A program made the translations under genes and the position numbers. The notes beneath the pieces are model-generated. The model was not told where the DNA came from, made no database searches, and was given only the letters and a program-made list of their open reading frames with translations. 64,000 nucleotides of DNA from Octopus sinensis. Lineage: Eukaryota. The stretch is taken from positions 1-64,000 of the forward strand of contig NW_021833286.1 in the NCBI RefSeq assembly GCF_006345805.1, in the 5' to 3' direction. Below are positions 11,791-24,421 of the stretch, in pieces. Position 1 is the stretch's first letter. Every line of letters starts with the position of its first letter.

Positions 11791-12640
11791 ATATATATTG
11801 TTATATTTCGGAATGGTCATTTTGCCAGTTTAGCCAATAAAAACACACGCACTATATATTTGGTGTTATTTTGCTTCAGTGTTATTTATTTTTTACATTA
11901 AACTTAATCTTATTTCGGCCAGAGTTCTTTCGTCACACTCCTGTGACCGCATCAGTGGTCCTTTGTTTTCTTCTCACTTACTTGTGTCTCTCCTTACTAA
12001 CCGTCAGCCATTTTGTATTTCTATTGTATGTCTTCATTTGCGCATGCTTATATCTCTATGTGCGTCTATGTTTATTTAGTGTGTGGTGGGGGATGCCTAT
12101 AATATTTGTATCTTCTGTTTATATACGTTCATGTAATTTGTTTTTGTTGTTATTGTTTTTGTTTATTTTTATTTTGTTCATGTGTATACATCCACTTATT
12201 ATCATCATTACATATGCTTGTATGTATGTATAACAACAATACTAGTAATAATAATAATAATAAATAAATAAAAAACATATATAGTTATTTATTTCTATTT
12301 GTTTATTTATGTGTGTATTTATTGTTTTCGGGATCCTCTACCGTCATATGTTTTTGTGTGTTCCGTTCCAGTTTCCTATTCAGGCTAGGTTTATTTTCTA
12401 TTATGTGTGTAGCTTCTGTAAATTGTCTGATTGTTGCATCTGTTCTATGTGTGGGCAATATTTTAATTTCTATGTTGTTGATAGAGGGACGATGCAGTAA
12501 CAAGACAACGACATACGTAGGGGAAACGCAAGAAGCATAGGAGAGCAGGTAAATGGACATTGGAGAGAACTCAAGGAAGGTAAAAGCTCATCGATTCTGT
12601 ACCAACACGCCGAACAGGAACACGGTGGATCAAACCTACT
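11790..12640 (-). mobile_element. 5'-truncated Penelope-like retroelement: GIY-YIG endonuclease C-terminus with inverted 5' segment, plus 3' region with hammerhead
   Basis: Plus strand 12482-12640 reads YVGET/..IGEQVNGHWRELKEGKSSSILYQHAEQEHGGSN. Minus strand 12480-12330 continues NIEIKIL...DATIRQFTEATHIIENKPSLNRKLE (R..EA..I....P.LN motif). Hammerhead at 11917-11961. Confidence 0.75.
11917..11961 (-). ncRNA. Type I hammerhead-like motif, A9 mutated to C
   Basis: Minus strand: GGACCA-CTGATGC-G-GTCACA-GGAG-TGTGAC-GAAA-GAAC-TC/TGGCC. Perfect 6-bp helix II, extra purine before helix II, CUC triplet, helix I ACC/TGG. Confidence 0.55.
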
Positions 12641-12889
12641 GCCAACAAGGGGCTAAACATAGAGAGGACAAACAAGGACAGACAAACAGCTTAAGTTGAT
12701 TACGTCGGCCTCAGTGCATAACTGGTATTTTATTTATCAACCCCGAAAGGATGAAAGGCAAAGTTGACCTCGGCGGAATTTGAACTCAGAACGTAACGAC
12801 AGACGAAATACCGCTAAGCATTTCGCCCAGCGCGCTAACGTTTCTGCCACCTCGCCACCTTTACAAGTATTTATGTATATATGTGTATG

Positions 12890-12932
<43 letters not shown>

Positions 12933-12933
12933 A

Positions 12934-12967
<34 letters not shown>

Positions 12968-13022
12968 ATGCATGTATGCATGTATATATGTAAGTATATA
13001 TGTGAACATGTATATAATATAT

Positions 13023-13053
<31 letters not shown>

Positions 13054-13183
13054 GCATGTATATATACATGTAGATGTAGGTACGTACATATATATTTTAT
13101 TTATTACACTATTGTATGACTGAGCGCCCTAGCGTCGATTCGATTCGTTTCGTTTCGTTTCGTTTCTCCTTCTTCTCTGAGCT

Positions 13184-13227
<44 letters not shown>

Positions 13228-13290
13228 TATATATATATATATATATATAATGTATGTAAGCATGTATATTTGTAAGCATATATGTGAACA

Positions 13291-13332
<42 letters not shown>

Positions 13333-13880
13333 TATATACACACACAAATATTCACTCCCTCCACACAGAAACACACAGCTATATATACATATGAAATCAT
13401 AGACACATGTGTATATGCATACATATATTTATGAATATGAATTATATATCTACGTACATATATGTGCGTGTGCGCTTGTTTGCTTCCATGTGTGTATGTG
13501 TGTGATTCCTCCTCTGTTTATGTACTTGTCTACGTATGCACGTTAATATATAAATGCTTATGTTATCTATGTTAAGCCAATTAGTTTAATGCGCATATAC
13601 CTACATCTCTCTTCTCGGTGTACTGTTTTGTAAACGTCTTAAAGTTATCTACACATCTGTATTACAGAATCTTTATTTTTGTCGTTTTCCTAGAAAAGAT
13701 TCAAACCATGAACGTTCTTGCATATATTATCATCATACTGTTACATTTTTTAATGGAAATATCGCGCTTGCATAAAGTGACACGCTAAAATTTCTAAGAA
13801 CTATACTGATATACATATAAAGACATACATAATGTGTGTGTGTGTGTGTGTATGTGTGTGTGTTTGTATATATGTATATA

Positions 13881-14260
13881 TACCAAAGCAAGGAACTTTT
13901 CAGGACGCCCAAGTTTCTGGGGGACTTTCAACAATGCTTTTCTATTAACAGTATTAAAGGCTTTTGTCAGATCGACAAAAACCTGATACAAATCCAGACC
14001 CTGTTCCACACACTTCTCTTGAAGCTGTCTAACTGAAAAGATCATATCAGCAGTGCCAGGTCCCACACGAAAGACAGATTGACTTTCTGGAAGAACACAA
14101 TCTGCAACGTGTTTCAGCAGATGATCCAGAAATACCCTGCATAAAACCTTTCCTACGACAGAAAGCAATGAAATTTCCCTGTTGTTACTACAATCACTCC
14201 TGTTGCCCTTTCCCTTATACCAGACCACCTTTACTGTATCTCTCCAGTCCTCAGGTACAG
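13881..14260 (-). mobile_element. RTE-clade LINE, inverted 5' segment (RT N-terminal part)
   Basis: VPEDWRD...YKGKGNRSDCSNNREISLLSVVGKV...QEKCVEQ...VFVDLTKAFNTVNR...PEKFLALV. Confidence 0.9.
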
Positions 14261-15745
14261 ATTCACTAGCTTTGGTTAGGTCTTTTCATGAAGACATGAA
14301 TGGTAGGGTTAATGTTAGAAGGAAAATGTCGGAGCCCATTTCAATACAAAATGGAGTGAAACAAGGGGATATTCTGGCATATATTTTGCGATGGTTTTCT
14401 GTATTGCATTCAGAAACTGCAGATATGGTGTTTACACCCATTATCGAACCTCTGGCAGCATATTTAATATCAGGCGCTTTGCTGCAAAAACAAAGGTATT
14501 TACCTCTATCATAAAAGACCTTTTGTATGCAGATGATTGTGATCTAGTAGTGCACACAGAGATTGATATGCAACACATTTTGAATGCATTCTCTGATGCT
14601 TGCAGTGCCTTAGGATTGACGGTCAATCTCAAGAAAACTGTTTTCATGTACCAAACTGCGCCTGGTAAGCAGTATAGTGTACCAAATATCTATGCGTATG
14701 GTAAACGACTTGATATAGTTGATCAGTTTGTGTACCCGGGAAGCACTGTTAATAGATATGGCAATTTGGATGATGAAATTCCATACAGAATAAGGAAAGC
14801 GAGCGATGCTTTCGGAAGGCTAGAAAGGCGCCTCTGGAGTCGGCGAGACATATGCAGGAAGACAAAGATAAAGGTGTACAAGGCATGTGTACTCCCTTCT
14901 CTTCTCTATGCCTGCGAGACGCGGGTCACATATCGATACCACCTTACACAACTGGAACGTTTCCATCAGATGTGTCTCAGACGGATCTATGGCATTAAGT
15001 GGGAGGACCGCATCAATGATCTTGAAATATTGGAAGGCTCTCAGTGCGAAAGTATAGAAGCTCTTGTGTTAAAGCAAAGGCTCAGATGGTCATCTGGTCA
15101 GGATGAAGGATTCAATGAGTTAGCTAAAGGAGAATGACCTCCACATAAACCAAAAAGGAGGTATAAGGACTTGCTGAAGGCTTCCTTAAGAGATGCTTGC
15201 ATCTCTCCTGACACATGGGAGGGCATATCTATTGATCGTAGCAGGTGGAGAAGGATTGTGCTCGAGAGGACAGCTACTTTTGAGAAATCTCGAGTTGCGC
15301 ATAAGAAAGTAAGGAGGAATGTCAGGAAGGGCGTCGCTGTTACACTTCCAGATGAGAAGGGTCTTCCTATGATGCTGACATGCAGTGTCTGTGCAAGACC
15401 CTGCTTCAGTAAAGCTGGACTCAAGAGTCATCTTCGCAGTCATAAAGCGAGACAGATGAGTGACAACCAGGCCACTGGTGGTGGTGTTACACACCATACT
15501 AATCATATCTGTCAGGCATGTGGAAGAGAGTGAAATTCGGTGGGAGGACTTAAACGACATGCAAAGGTACATGAAGCACAGTTACAACTACAGCCGGTTA
15601 TTACCGGTAAAGGTATTAGTTGCCAATTCTGTACAAGACATTGAATATCTTTAGCTGGACTAAAAAGTCACATTCGATCACAGCACCAATAACAGTTAAG
15701 CTTCGTGCAATGGTCATACTCGATAACGTGCGGGCAGCCATCGTG
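14261..15745 (+). mobile_element. RTE-clade LINE 3' segment: RT, thumb and three C2H2 zinc fingers
   Basis: LALVRSFHEDM...GVKQGDIL, LLYADDCDL, FVYPGST, LLYACET, LERFHQMCLRRI. Fingers CSVC..HLRSH, CQAC..HAKVH and CQFC..HIRSQH; frame ends at TAA 15690-15692. Confidence 0.9.
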
Positions 15746-16043
15746 TATATATACCAGCTGATCTTCAAGGACAGTAATGTGGTGTCAGCTACATAATATT
15801 AAAAATAACCACAAGCATACCATCATTCACTTTCATGCATTTATATGTGAGGTATTATATACATATATGTATGTGTGTGTGTGTGTGTACATGTGTGTTA
15901 GTCTTTATACTATATTAAAACAGTTTTGCTTCGTATTGAATGATTACTATATATATTTAATAGAATGCAAATTTATCCTTTAACAAAGATTGCATTGAGA
16001 GTGACTTCGAAATTTCGCGACGATAAGGTATCATCAGACATAT

Positions 16044-16082
<39 letters not shown>

Positions 16083-18382
16083 TATGTGTGCGTGTGTGTC
16101 TTTGTGATGTTGGTGTGTTTATGTCCCCGAAACCTAGAGGTTTGGCAAAAGAAAACGATAGAGTAAGTACTAGGCTTACAAAGAATATATACTGCGGTCG
16201 ATTTCTTCGACTAAAGGCGGTGCTCCAGCATAGCCACAGTCAACTGACTGAAACGTGTGAAAGAATAAAGGAATAAAAGAAATTATTATCGCAAAATGTC
16301 TTCGTATCTTGTAGAGTTCCATTTTTATATCCACTACTCTCCTCACTCTTTCACTCGCTGCCTGTCTTACTTTACACACACACGCACACATACACACACA
16401 CACACACACGCACTCATACACACGCACACACACACACATACACACACACGCACGCACGCTCAAATATGTATACATACACGCACACGTACGCATATATACA
16501 GGCCGACCAATGCCTTGTGAGAGAATTTGGTAGATGGAAACTTTGTGGAAGCCACAGGTTCGTAGCGTCAGTTGCTGTAGTCCATATCGGGTCTGCCTAC
16601 CTTTCTAATGTTCACAGACCATTGCGCAGTTCTCATGATATCAGCATTTTGAACACACTTAAGTCTTTTCCAATATTTGGATAGCTTCTAGTTCTCATAT
16701 CAGCTAACTCTTTTTTAATTTCAACTTTAATCTTTATGCTCTCCCACGCTGTTGACTGCTCCGCAATACATTAATATGAAAAAAGGCATAGGGAAATTAG
16801 CCAAATCTAATCGCAACACCCTGTGTGTGTGTGTGTGTGTGTGTGTGCATGCGCGCGCGTGTGTTTCGGTTTGTCTTCCAACACTACTTCACAACCAGAG
16901 TGGGTTTGTTTCCTTTACCGTCAATTAGATGATTAGAAAAGAAAACCGAGATGCTAAGTGCAACACTTGAAAAATAAACAGTAAGGTCAATTCGTTCGAC
17001 CAAACCCTTCACAGCGATGCCCCAACAAGGCTGCAGTCCACTTTATTCTTATATTCTTTCCCTCATATGCTTACAGAATGTTATGTTGCTGCCGTTAAAT
17101 TAAGAGGAGTTCTTTGTTTCAGACTAACGAAAGGTATTTCTAAAAGCTGCAGAGACACAGAATGAAACTGAAAATTAAGAAATGAAATTATAGATAAAGA
17201 AGAAAAACCAACAGAAATCAAAATGATAAATGGATTAGTGAATAAATGGTAAAAGGAAAAACCTTCAAACGGGAATAGAGGAATAAAGAATGAGAAATGA
17301 GTGAATTATGAAAAAAGAGATAAAACCCCCAATATTTGAAACAACGAGCGAAAGATTAAAATATATAAATATTAACTTCATAGGAATTTTAAAACTTCGA
17401 AAGAATTTGAAATAATAATTTTTTAGAACGGTGAAACTCGAAGCAGATAAAGCTATAAAAATTAGTGTGTAAATTTGAGTAAAAAAAAAAAACCTTTTTG
17501 ACAGAAAAGTGAGGCAGTCTTGGACTTTTTCATCCCAAAAGGTGAATCTAAATATTTCACACGCTATTAGTAATGGTTTTATCTGCTTTGAATTTCACTG
17601 TTTAATAAAAGAATTAAAATAAATATATAAAAGAATGTAGGAATAAAGGAACGAGAAAATTTACAGGAATAGGACGAATACTGGAATAAGAAGGCTAGAA
17701 AATGTATGAAAAGAAAGGTTAAAAAGAGAAGACAGAAGCTACTTAAACGACCATTACTGACGCGTTTGAATGAGACTCAAAATACAAGCTAAAAAAGAAA
17801 AGAAGAATGAACAGTTTGTTGAATGAGAGGAACGAATGAAATGGAGAACTGTAGAGAAGAAAAGTCCAAGGAAAGAAACGCCTTAGAAATAATAATGATA
17901 AAAATAAAATAAAATAAAACAAAAATAACCAGCAATGATCGCATAAAACTTATTTCAAAATAAATATTAACGTAAAAGAATGTGAGAGTGGAAGAATGAT
18001 AAAACGAACATAAAGTAAAAGGATTATCAGAATGTTGGAACGTGATATCTCACCTTGCATCATTTTATGTTATCTGTAGTATCATCTACGTTAAAGAGTT
18101 AAACACTTTTAAATAGTTTAACTGGAAAAGGTAAGAGATGTTAGTGCTGGAATGACAGTAGTGGATAACAAGTTTAACTTTTGCAAAGATACACCGCACA
18201 CATATGGACACAAAGACGCGCGCATACACACACTGATATATAGATACACATACACAGATGTACGTCTTTCTAAAAAGAAGAGATATATACAATTATAAAC
18301 GCAGGGCTATATATACATATATATATATATATTTATATATATATATACATACATATATATATATATATACATATATATTTAT

Positions 18383-18872
18383 TTGTTGAAATAGAAAGAT
18401 GAATTCAAAAGTTTAACCGATACCTGGGTAGCAAAAATCCCAGCAGAAAAAAGCACGGTTGGAGATAAGACCATTTGGTGTTGCAACCGTGCGTTGGTGC
18501 GGATAATTGAAGTTTAATATTAATAGTGAATGGAAGAAATGGAGTTGAACGAAGATTGTACAGAATTCCTTTTATTACATTCTACACATGTTTCAAAGGC
18601 CACAAATTTCCAAATTCTGATTAAATAAGGGTACCATATTGTGGCTTTCTCTCCAGGAAAAAACAGGAATTCCGTTGACAGAACAAAACAAAACTGTTCT
18701 GTTTTGTTTTGTTCTGTCAACGGAATTCCTGTTTTTTCCTGAAGAGAAAGCCACAATATGGTACCCTTATTTAATCAGAATTTGGAAATTTGTGGCCTTT
18801 GAAACATGTGTAGAATGTAATAAAAGGAATTCTGTACAATCTTCGTTCAACTCCATTTCTTCCATTCACTAT
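18383..18872 (+). mobile_element. Penelope-like non-autonomous element with an internal 350-bp palindrome
   Basis: Same family as 3557-4078 in the opposite orientation. Arms 18523-18694 and 18701-18872 differ at one position. (TA)n on both sides. Confidence 0.7.
18731..18820 (+). ncRNA. Type I hammerhead, weakened copy; its mirror copy on the minus strand has a CTGGAGA core
   Basis: CTGAAGA at 18739-18745, helix II GAAAGCCACAA/TTGTGGCCTTT, GAAA at 18801-18804, CATGTG, GUA at 18810-18812. C11.1 reads T and helix I is only 3 bp. Confidence 0.6.
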
Positions 18873-18888
18873 ACATATATATTTATAT

Positions 18889-18985
<97 letters not shown>

Positions 18986-21549
18986 GTATGTATATATATA
19001 TGTATGTATGTATGTATAATGTATATATAATGTGCAGGCGTGGCTGTGTGGTAAGAAGTTTGCTTTCGAAACGTATGATTCCGAGTTCAGTCCCACGGCG
19101 CAGCACCTTTGGCGATCAGTTTCTTGAAACCGTAGTTGAGGTAAATTTAAAGCAAACTGCACGAGATTCTGCAAATTTTCAGTTCAGGTCACACGTTGGT
19201 CATAAAGCAGTATCATAAATTAAGAAAATTGTCTGAAATTGCTGAATTTGTTACTCATCCTTTGATTGCTTCTGAGCGGAGTCAATGAAATGACCTCTGC
19301 TCATCATTAAAGATTTGACTAGCTACCGAGCCTTGTTGAAATTGTGCTTCTATAATCGGATCCCACGAAAATGTTCAGCATCCAATAAAAAAAAAAAATA
19401 ATGAGAATCCATCCACAAGCTAGCACTAAACAAATGGAGTGGGTTACAGCTGCAGGAATGCTATTGATTCCAGGTTTGCTCTACAAGGAATTCTTTACGA
19501 CTTCCAAAGCATTTTCATGCGTTTTTCCTAAACGTCTGTTTTGAGACTTGTAGTAAAGCATTGTTTCGTACGATCTGAGTAATATACGTCTTCCCTTTTA
19601 TAAATTCCACGTTATTCTGGTCGTTGAAAAGAAAGGTAATTTATATCATATATGATGCATATATCTTCAAGTCGAAGATCAATGCTCTCAAATTTTGGCC
19701 TAGCCAGCCAGCCAGCAACGTGTAAGGGAGGGGGTAAGTCAATTACGTCGACCGCAGTCTTCATATACACACAAAAACGCACCCATCCACCCATCCACCC
19801 ATCCATCTCAAAGGATTAAAGAACAGGCCGTCGGTAGCACTTGAATGCAGAACATAAAGAAGAAAATTAATGACATCAATCTTAACGATCTCGAAGTGTC
19901 AGTAAAGGCCATGGTAACTGTCCCACCCTCAAACCTCAGGAAGCAGGAAAAAAAAGAAAAATAATAAAGAATATAGATTAAAATATATATATTAAAAATG
20001 AAAGGCATATTGAAAAAGTTCTAATCATACTCTGATAGAGACAAAAAAATAATGTTAATAAAGACGGGATGAATACGGCAGCCATGTCATTGATCATAGG
20101 CCTTATCGATCTGGGCGACAAGAACAAATATAACGACCACAACATCACTAGCAATAACAATAACGCCTACGACGACTAACCAACAATAACAACTACAGCA
20201 ACAGCAACAATAAAAATATAAGCAACAACAACGGAACACGATCAAAGGCGCTGCTAATGAATAACTTTATAGTAGAAAATCGAAATGTTGGAAGCCTTAG
20301 TTAAGCCATTATGACGTTCATTATGCTCGTGTTTTTGTCAGAGTTCGTCAAACCGGTGACAGGAATTGAGTCGAGAATATCACCTATAGAAATTTGCTAC
20401 GGCTTTTAAGCTCCGAGAACAGACTCTGTCTCTTATCCATTCTGGCCTATAAAATGAAGTAGTTGTCAAGTACTGTGGTCGATATATTATAATTACTATG
20501 CTCCCTTAAAACTGATGGTTTTGGGTGAATTACTTGCAATTATTTTAGGCTATTGTTTAAGGTGGCGAGCTAACAGAATCATTACAACTCCGTAAAAATG
20601 CTTAGGGACGTCTTTTTACGGTTGTTTGTGTCCTGAAGTCAATAAAATAGGTGAAACCACCAGCTGGTATCATTTCATTTGAAAATGGTAAGAAAAGTTT
20701 GGTAAGGAGTAGGAGGGCTACCACTTTTAGCTAGACGAATGAGAGCGCAGAGGCTTTTGCGTTGGCTGAATCGGTCCGTACTTCTGTTGTTGTAGTTGTT
20801 ATTGTTGTTCTCATTGATTTGATGAGGAAGAATAAAGGATTAAAACAGCTTTATTCACAAGATACGAAGCGCAATGATATAAACATCCGAACCTGACACA
20901 ACATGTTTGAAGCATTTCAAAGGAAGGACCTAACACACACACACACACACACACACATGTATACGCACACATGTGAGTGTATATATATATATATTTTTTT
21001 TCTCTCTATATATATATGTACAAGCACAAACATTTGTATGCATGTATATATGCATATATATACACACACACACACACATATATAAGTGTGTAAGTATACA
21101 TACATACATACCATACATACATACCATACATACACACACACATACACACACACACATATATATATCGGTTTATACATTATACATGTATATTTCTATTTTC
21201 TATTTAAAAATAGCTGTACAGATATGTATCTAAATTTGTATTTGAATAGATATCTATATACGTATGTATTATGAGGCATATGCGCTCGAATGCACATATG
21301 CATACACCAGCTAACTGCTCATGTGATACGAGTTAAAATTGTCGCAAATTAGAAGAAAAGTCAAGATGTAATGATACTGAAGCGGGAAGTGCATTTTTAT
21401 CTATGAGACATGGCATGTTAGTTACTACTTCGAGTCGGTACCGCTGCTTTCTTAAATCTTTTTATTTCGCGCGCACGCACGCACACACACACACACAACA
21501 CACACACACACACACACCACACACACACACACTCACACACACTCACATA

Positions 21550-21600
<51 letters not shown>

Positions 21601-21883
21601 TCACCTTTATCATCTTATTACATCTTTGCGCTTCAGAAATTCTAAATTCTATTCGACGTTCTGTGTTTTATTAACTTTTATATCTGATCTTGTACTCGTA
21701 CCACTCATTGGATAGTGACCAAGCTGGGCGACCGCCCTGAAGGGTTTCAGTCGAGAAATTCGACACCGGTTCTTATTGGTTTTTAAGTCTGAACTTAACA
21801 ATCACTTTCTCCGAGCTGCTGAGATACGAAGAATTGAGCAAACCAACACAGATGGGGAAAACACTAAAAGATTCACGCTCCCA

Positions 21884-21922
21884 TATCTATCTACCTACCT
21901 ACCCACCTACCTACCTACCTAC

Positions 21923-21986
<64 letters not shown>

Positions 21987-22028
21987 TCTATCTATCTATC
22001 TATCTATCTATGTCTGTCTGTCTGTCTG
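21884..22028 (+). repeat. (CTAC)n/(TATC)n/(TCTG)n microsatellite at the 5' flank of the Tx1-like LINE
   Basis: Direct reading. Confidence 0.95.
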
Positions 22029-22240
22029 GATAGACGCAAATCAAATGGGCTCCACGTAAGTTGGTAGTTTTCTACGTTTAAAATTGTTGATTGTCAAACA
22101 TTTTATGTCTAAAAGGTGTACAACAATACCCAAATCATACTTTCATTAACATCCACACAAAATTTCGCCCTTTGTGGACAAAATTTTAAAAAATTCTCAA
22201 AGGCTTCGTGGTTTTATTTTAGCCATTTTTATTTTCAAAA

Positions 22241-22350
22241 ATGGCTACCGGTCACCACGAATCCAAAGAGCAAGTCAAGCGTGACGGCGAAACAAAAGGG
22301 CAAGATTCCCTGCAACCAAATGCTGAACCTGACAGTTTGAACGCCACTAA

Positions 22351-22383
<33 letters not shown>

Positions 22384-22759
22384 CAACAACAGCAACAACT
22401 ACAAAACCAGGCCGTCCACCGTCACCGCTACCAATGATTCCACCATCAACACCGACACCACCACCATGGCAGTTTCTGCTACTACAACTGCTTCCTCTGC
22501 TAACGATACCACTACCAAAACCAAGGTCGCAAAACCAAGGTCGCAAGGCCAACACCCGTCACCGCAACCAATGATTCCATCATCAACACCGATACCCCCC
22601 TTGACAACGCTTACGACGTTGATTTCCCTATACTGCTTTCACCACAATTTCATGAAAGAAGGAAAATGGGGGAAAGTAGCACAAGCGCAAGTGCAAGCAT
22701 GAACGCTAACATCGCGCCCTCCACTCAAAAACTGGTAAACAATTCGACTTCACAGTTAT

Positions 22760-22811
<52 letters not shown>

Positions 22812-24417
22812 GAACGACTCTGCCACAAACATTACCACCAACACCACCACCTCCACAAAAAACAAGACGAATTTCGCGGAAGCAATACGACCGAAAAGAA
22901 GAATCCTAAAATTTACTCATCAACAAATACAAGACACAAAGTCCTTGCTCACCAAAGAAGGCGACACCATACATTTAAATATTCCATGGAACATTATAGA
23001 AGAAATACAAAAGAAGACCATCATCTACAAATTACTCAACACCAAAACAAAAAGACCAGAAAGCCCACCTACAGAAATATTCGAGAAGTGCCTCTCTTCC
23101 GTGTGGAAATTTCGAAATTATGTGAATTGGGGGAATAAATTTGCTACCGTGCAACTTCGCTTCCATATGGAAGAACTAGCAAAAGAGTTTTCAACGCTTA
23201 CTCTGCGCACAGACCAAGTAACAATGGTACCTAGCTACCTTGGGCGCAGAGTAACGAAAATAACATTAAACAATGTGTCTCCAGAAGTGGATACCCAGTG
23301 GCTTGTATCGGCTATCTGCTTCGATATAGAAGAAGCATATATTTTAGAAATAGCCGACATTCCAGAGGAAAGCTGGACTGGTAAAAAATTCGAAATATTG
23401 CTTCAATTCTCCCAAGAAGCAATAAACAATTTGCCAACCAGTCTTCAACTGAAAAAAGAACCAAAGATTGTATGTAGTGGTAGAGGGCAGGAGGCCAAGA
23501 TGATATTTGTGCAACAGTGAGGCACACCTCAGATACGATTGCCCAACTGCTGCCAGAAATAGGCAACAGCAACGGCAACCACTCCCAAAACCTGGAAGAA
23601 AATCCCTGCTACCCACACCACCCAAAAGACAGGAAAAACAGCAGACAATACAAAAACTGTTTCCCCCTCACCAACCACATCACCAAGAAGAGAATTACCT
23701 TCGACGTCGCAACCAACTAGAGAAACAACACCACCACCAACATCAATACACATACCAACACCAACACCAGCACCAAGAACAACAACTAGGAAAACAATGA
23801 ACAATGACAAAAAGACAAATTCTGTCCCTAATACCCCAACAGCACAAACACCACACAAAACAATAATACCTACAAACACACACATAGACTCAAACGCGGT
23901 GCCTTTAACCCCTTCTGATTCTTCAGACTTTTCGGCTAACGACGAAAGTTCAACAGAATGGCAAATATCCACCGAGATAAAAGAAAAAGATAAAAAAAAA
24001 ATCAAACAAGAAAATGCAACCAAAGCAGGGAGATATCTGAAACCTGAAAGCTCCTTACACAACCAAACCAGCACCAACACCACAAAAACACACACAATGC
24101 TATCAGCGATAGACACCAAAGACTCAAAACTAATGGAGTACATCACAGCCCACACAAAGATGACTTCAAAACTAACAACCATCCACGCACTACACCACCC
24201 AAACACATCAAAATACTCCACATCACACAGACATAACACCACACACTCAAAGCCCTCTTTCCAAATGTGGTTGGGGGGTTTCAAAAATATCTCTCGAAAA
24301 AACTCTATAAAAAACCCCTCCAAGACACATCAAAGGACGAGGAAGCCAAAACTTTCGACACAAGTAAGTAACTCTCTGTTCCTTACTTTTTGTGTTTTAA
24401 AGCACACATCTCAATAG
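22241..24417 (+). pseudogene. Tx1-like ORF1 (gag-like, CCHC knuckle), frameshifted
   Basis: Thr-rich N-terminus from (ACC)n and (ACT)n, a central folded region, and knuckle [TGA]YLCNSEAHLRYDC matching C-x2-C-x4-H-x4-C with the first Cys lost. Stop TAG at 24415-24417. Confidence 0.75.
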
Positions 24418-24421
24418 GATC

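Noticed and set aside
15995-16045. Minus-strand CTGATGA...GAAA-TTTCGAA-GTC hammerhead-like string
   Set aside because: Helix II cannot form and helix I is only 2 bp; compatible with chance.
17077-17133. Plus-strand 57-nt exon candidate (CYVAAVKLRGVLCFRLTK) with good acceptor and GTATTT donor
   Set aside because: Isolated and unrecognised; it cannot be told from chance without RNA data.
18520-19019. Two ORFs with near-identical peptides on opposite strands
   Set aside because: They are a by-product of the DNA palindrome, not genes.
19330-20008. Minus-strand hydrophobic peptides resembling a signal peptide (ACCATGG near 19910) and a transmembrane tail
   Set aside because: Hydrophobicity is expected from T-rich DNA, and there is no consistent splice structure.
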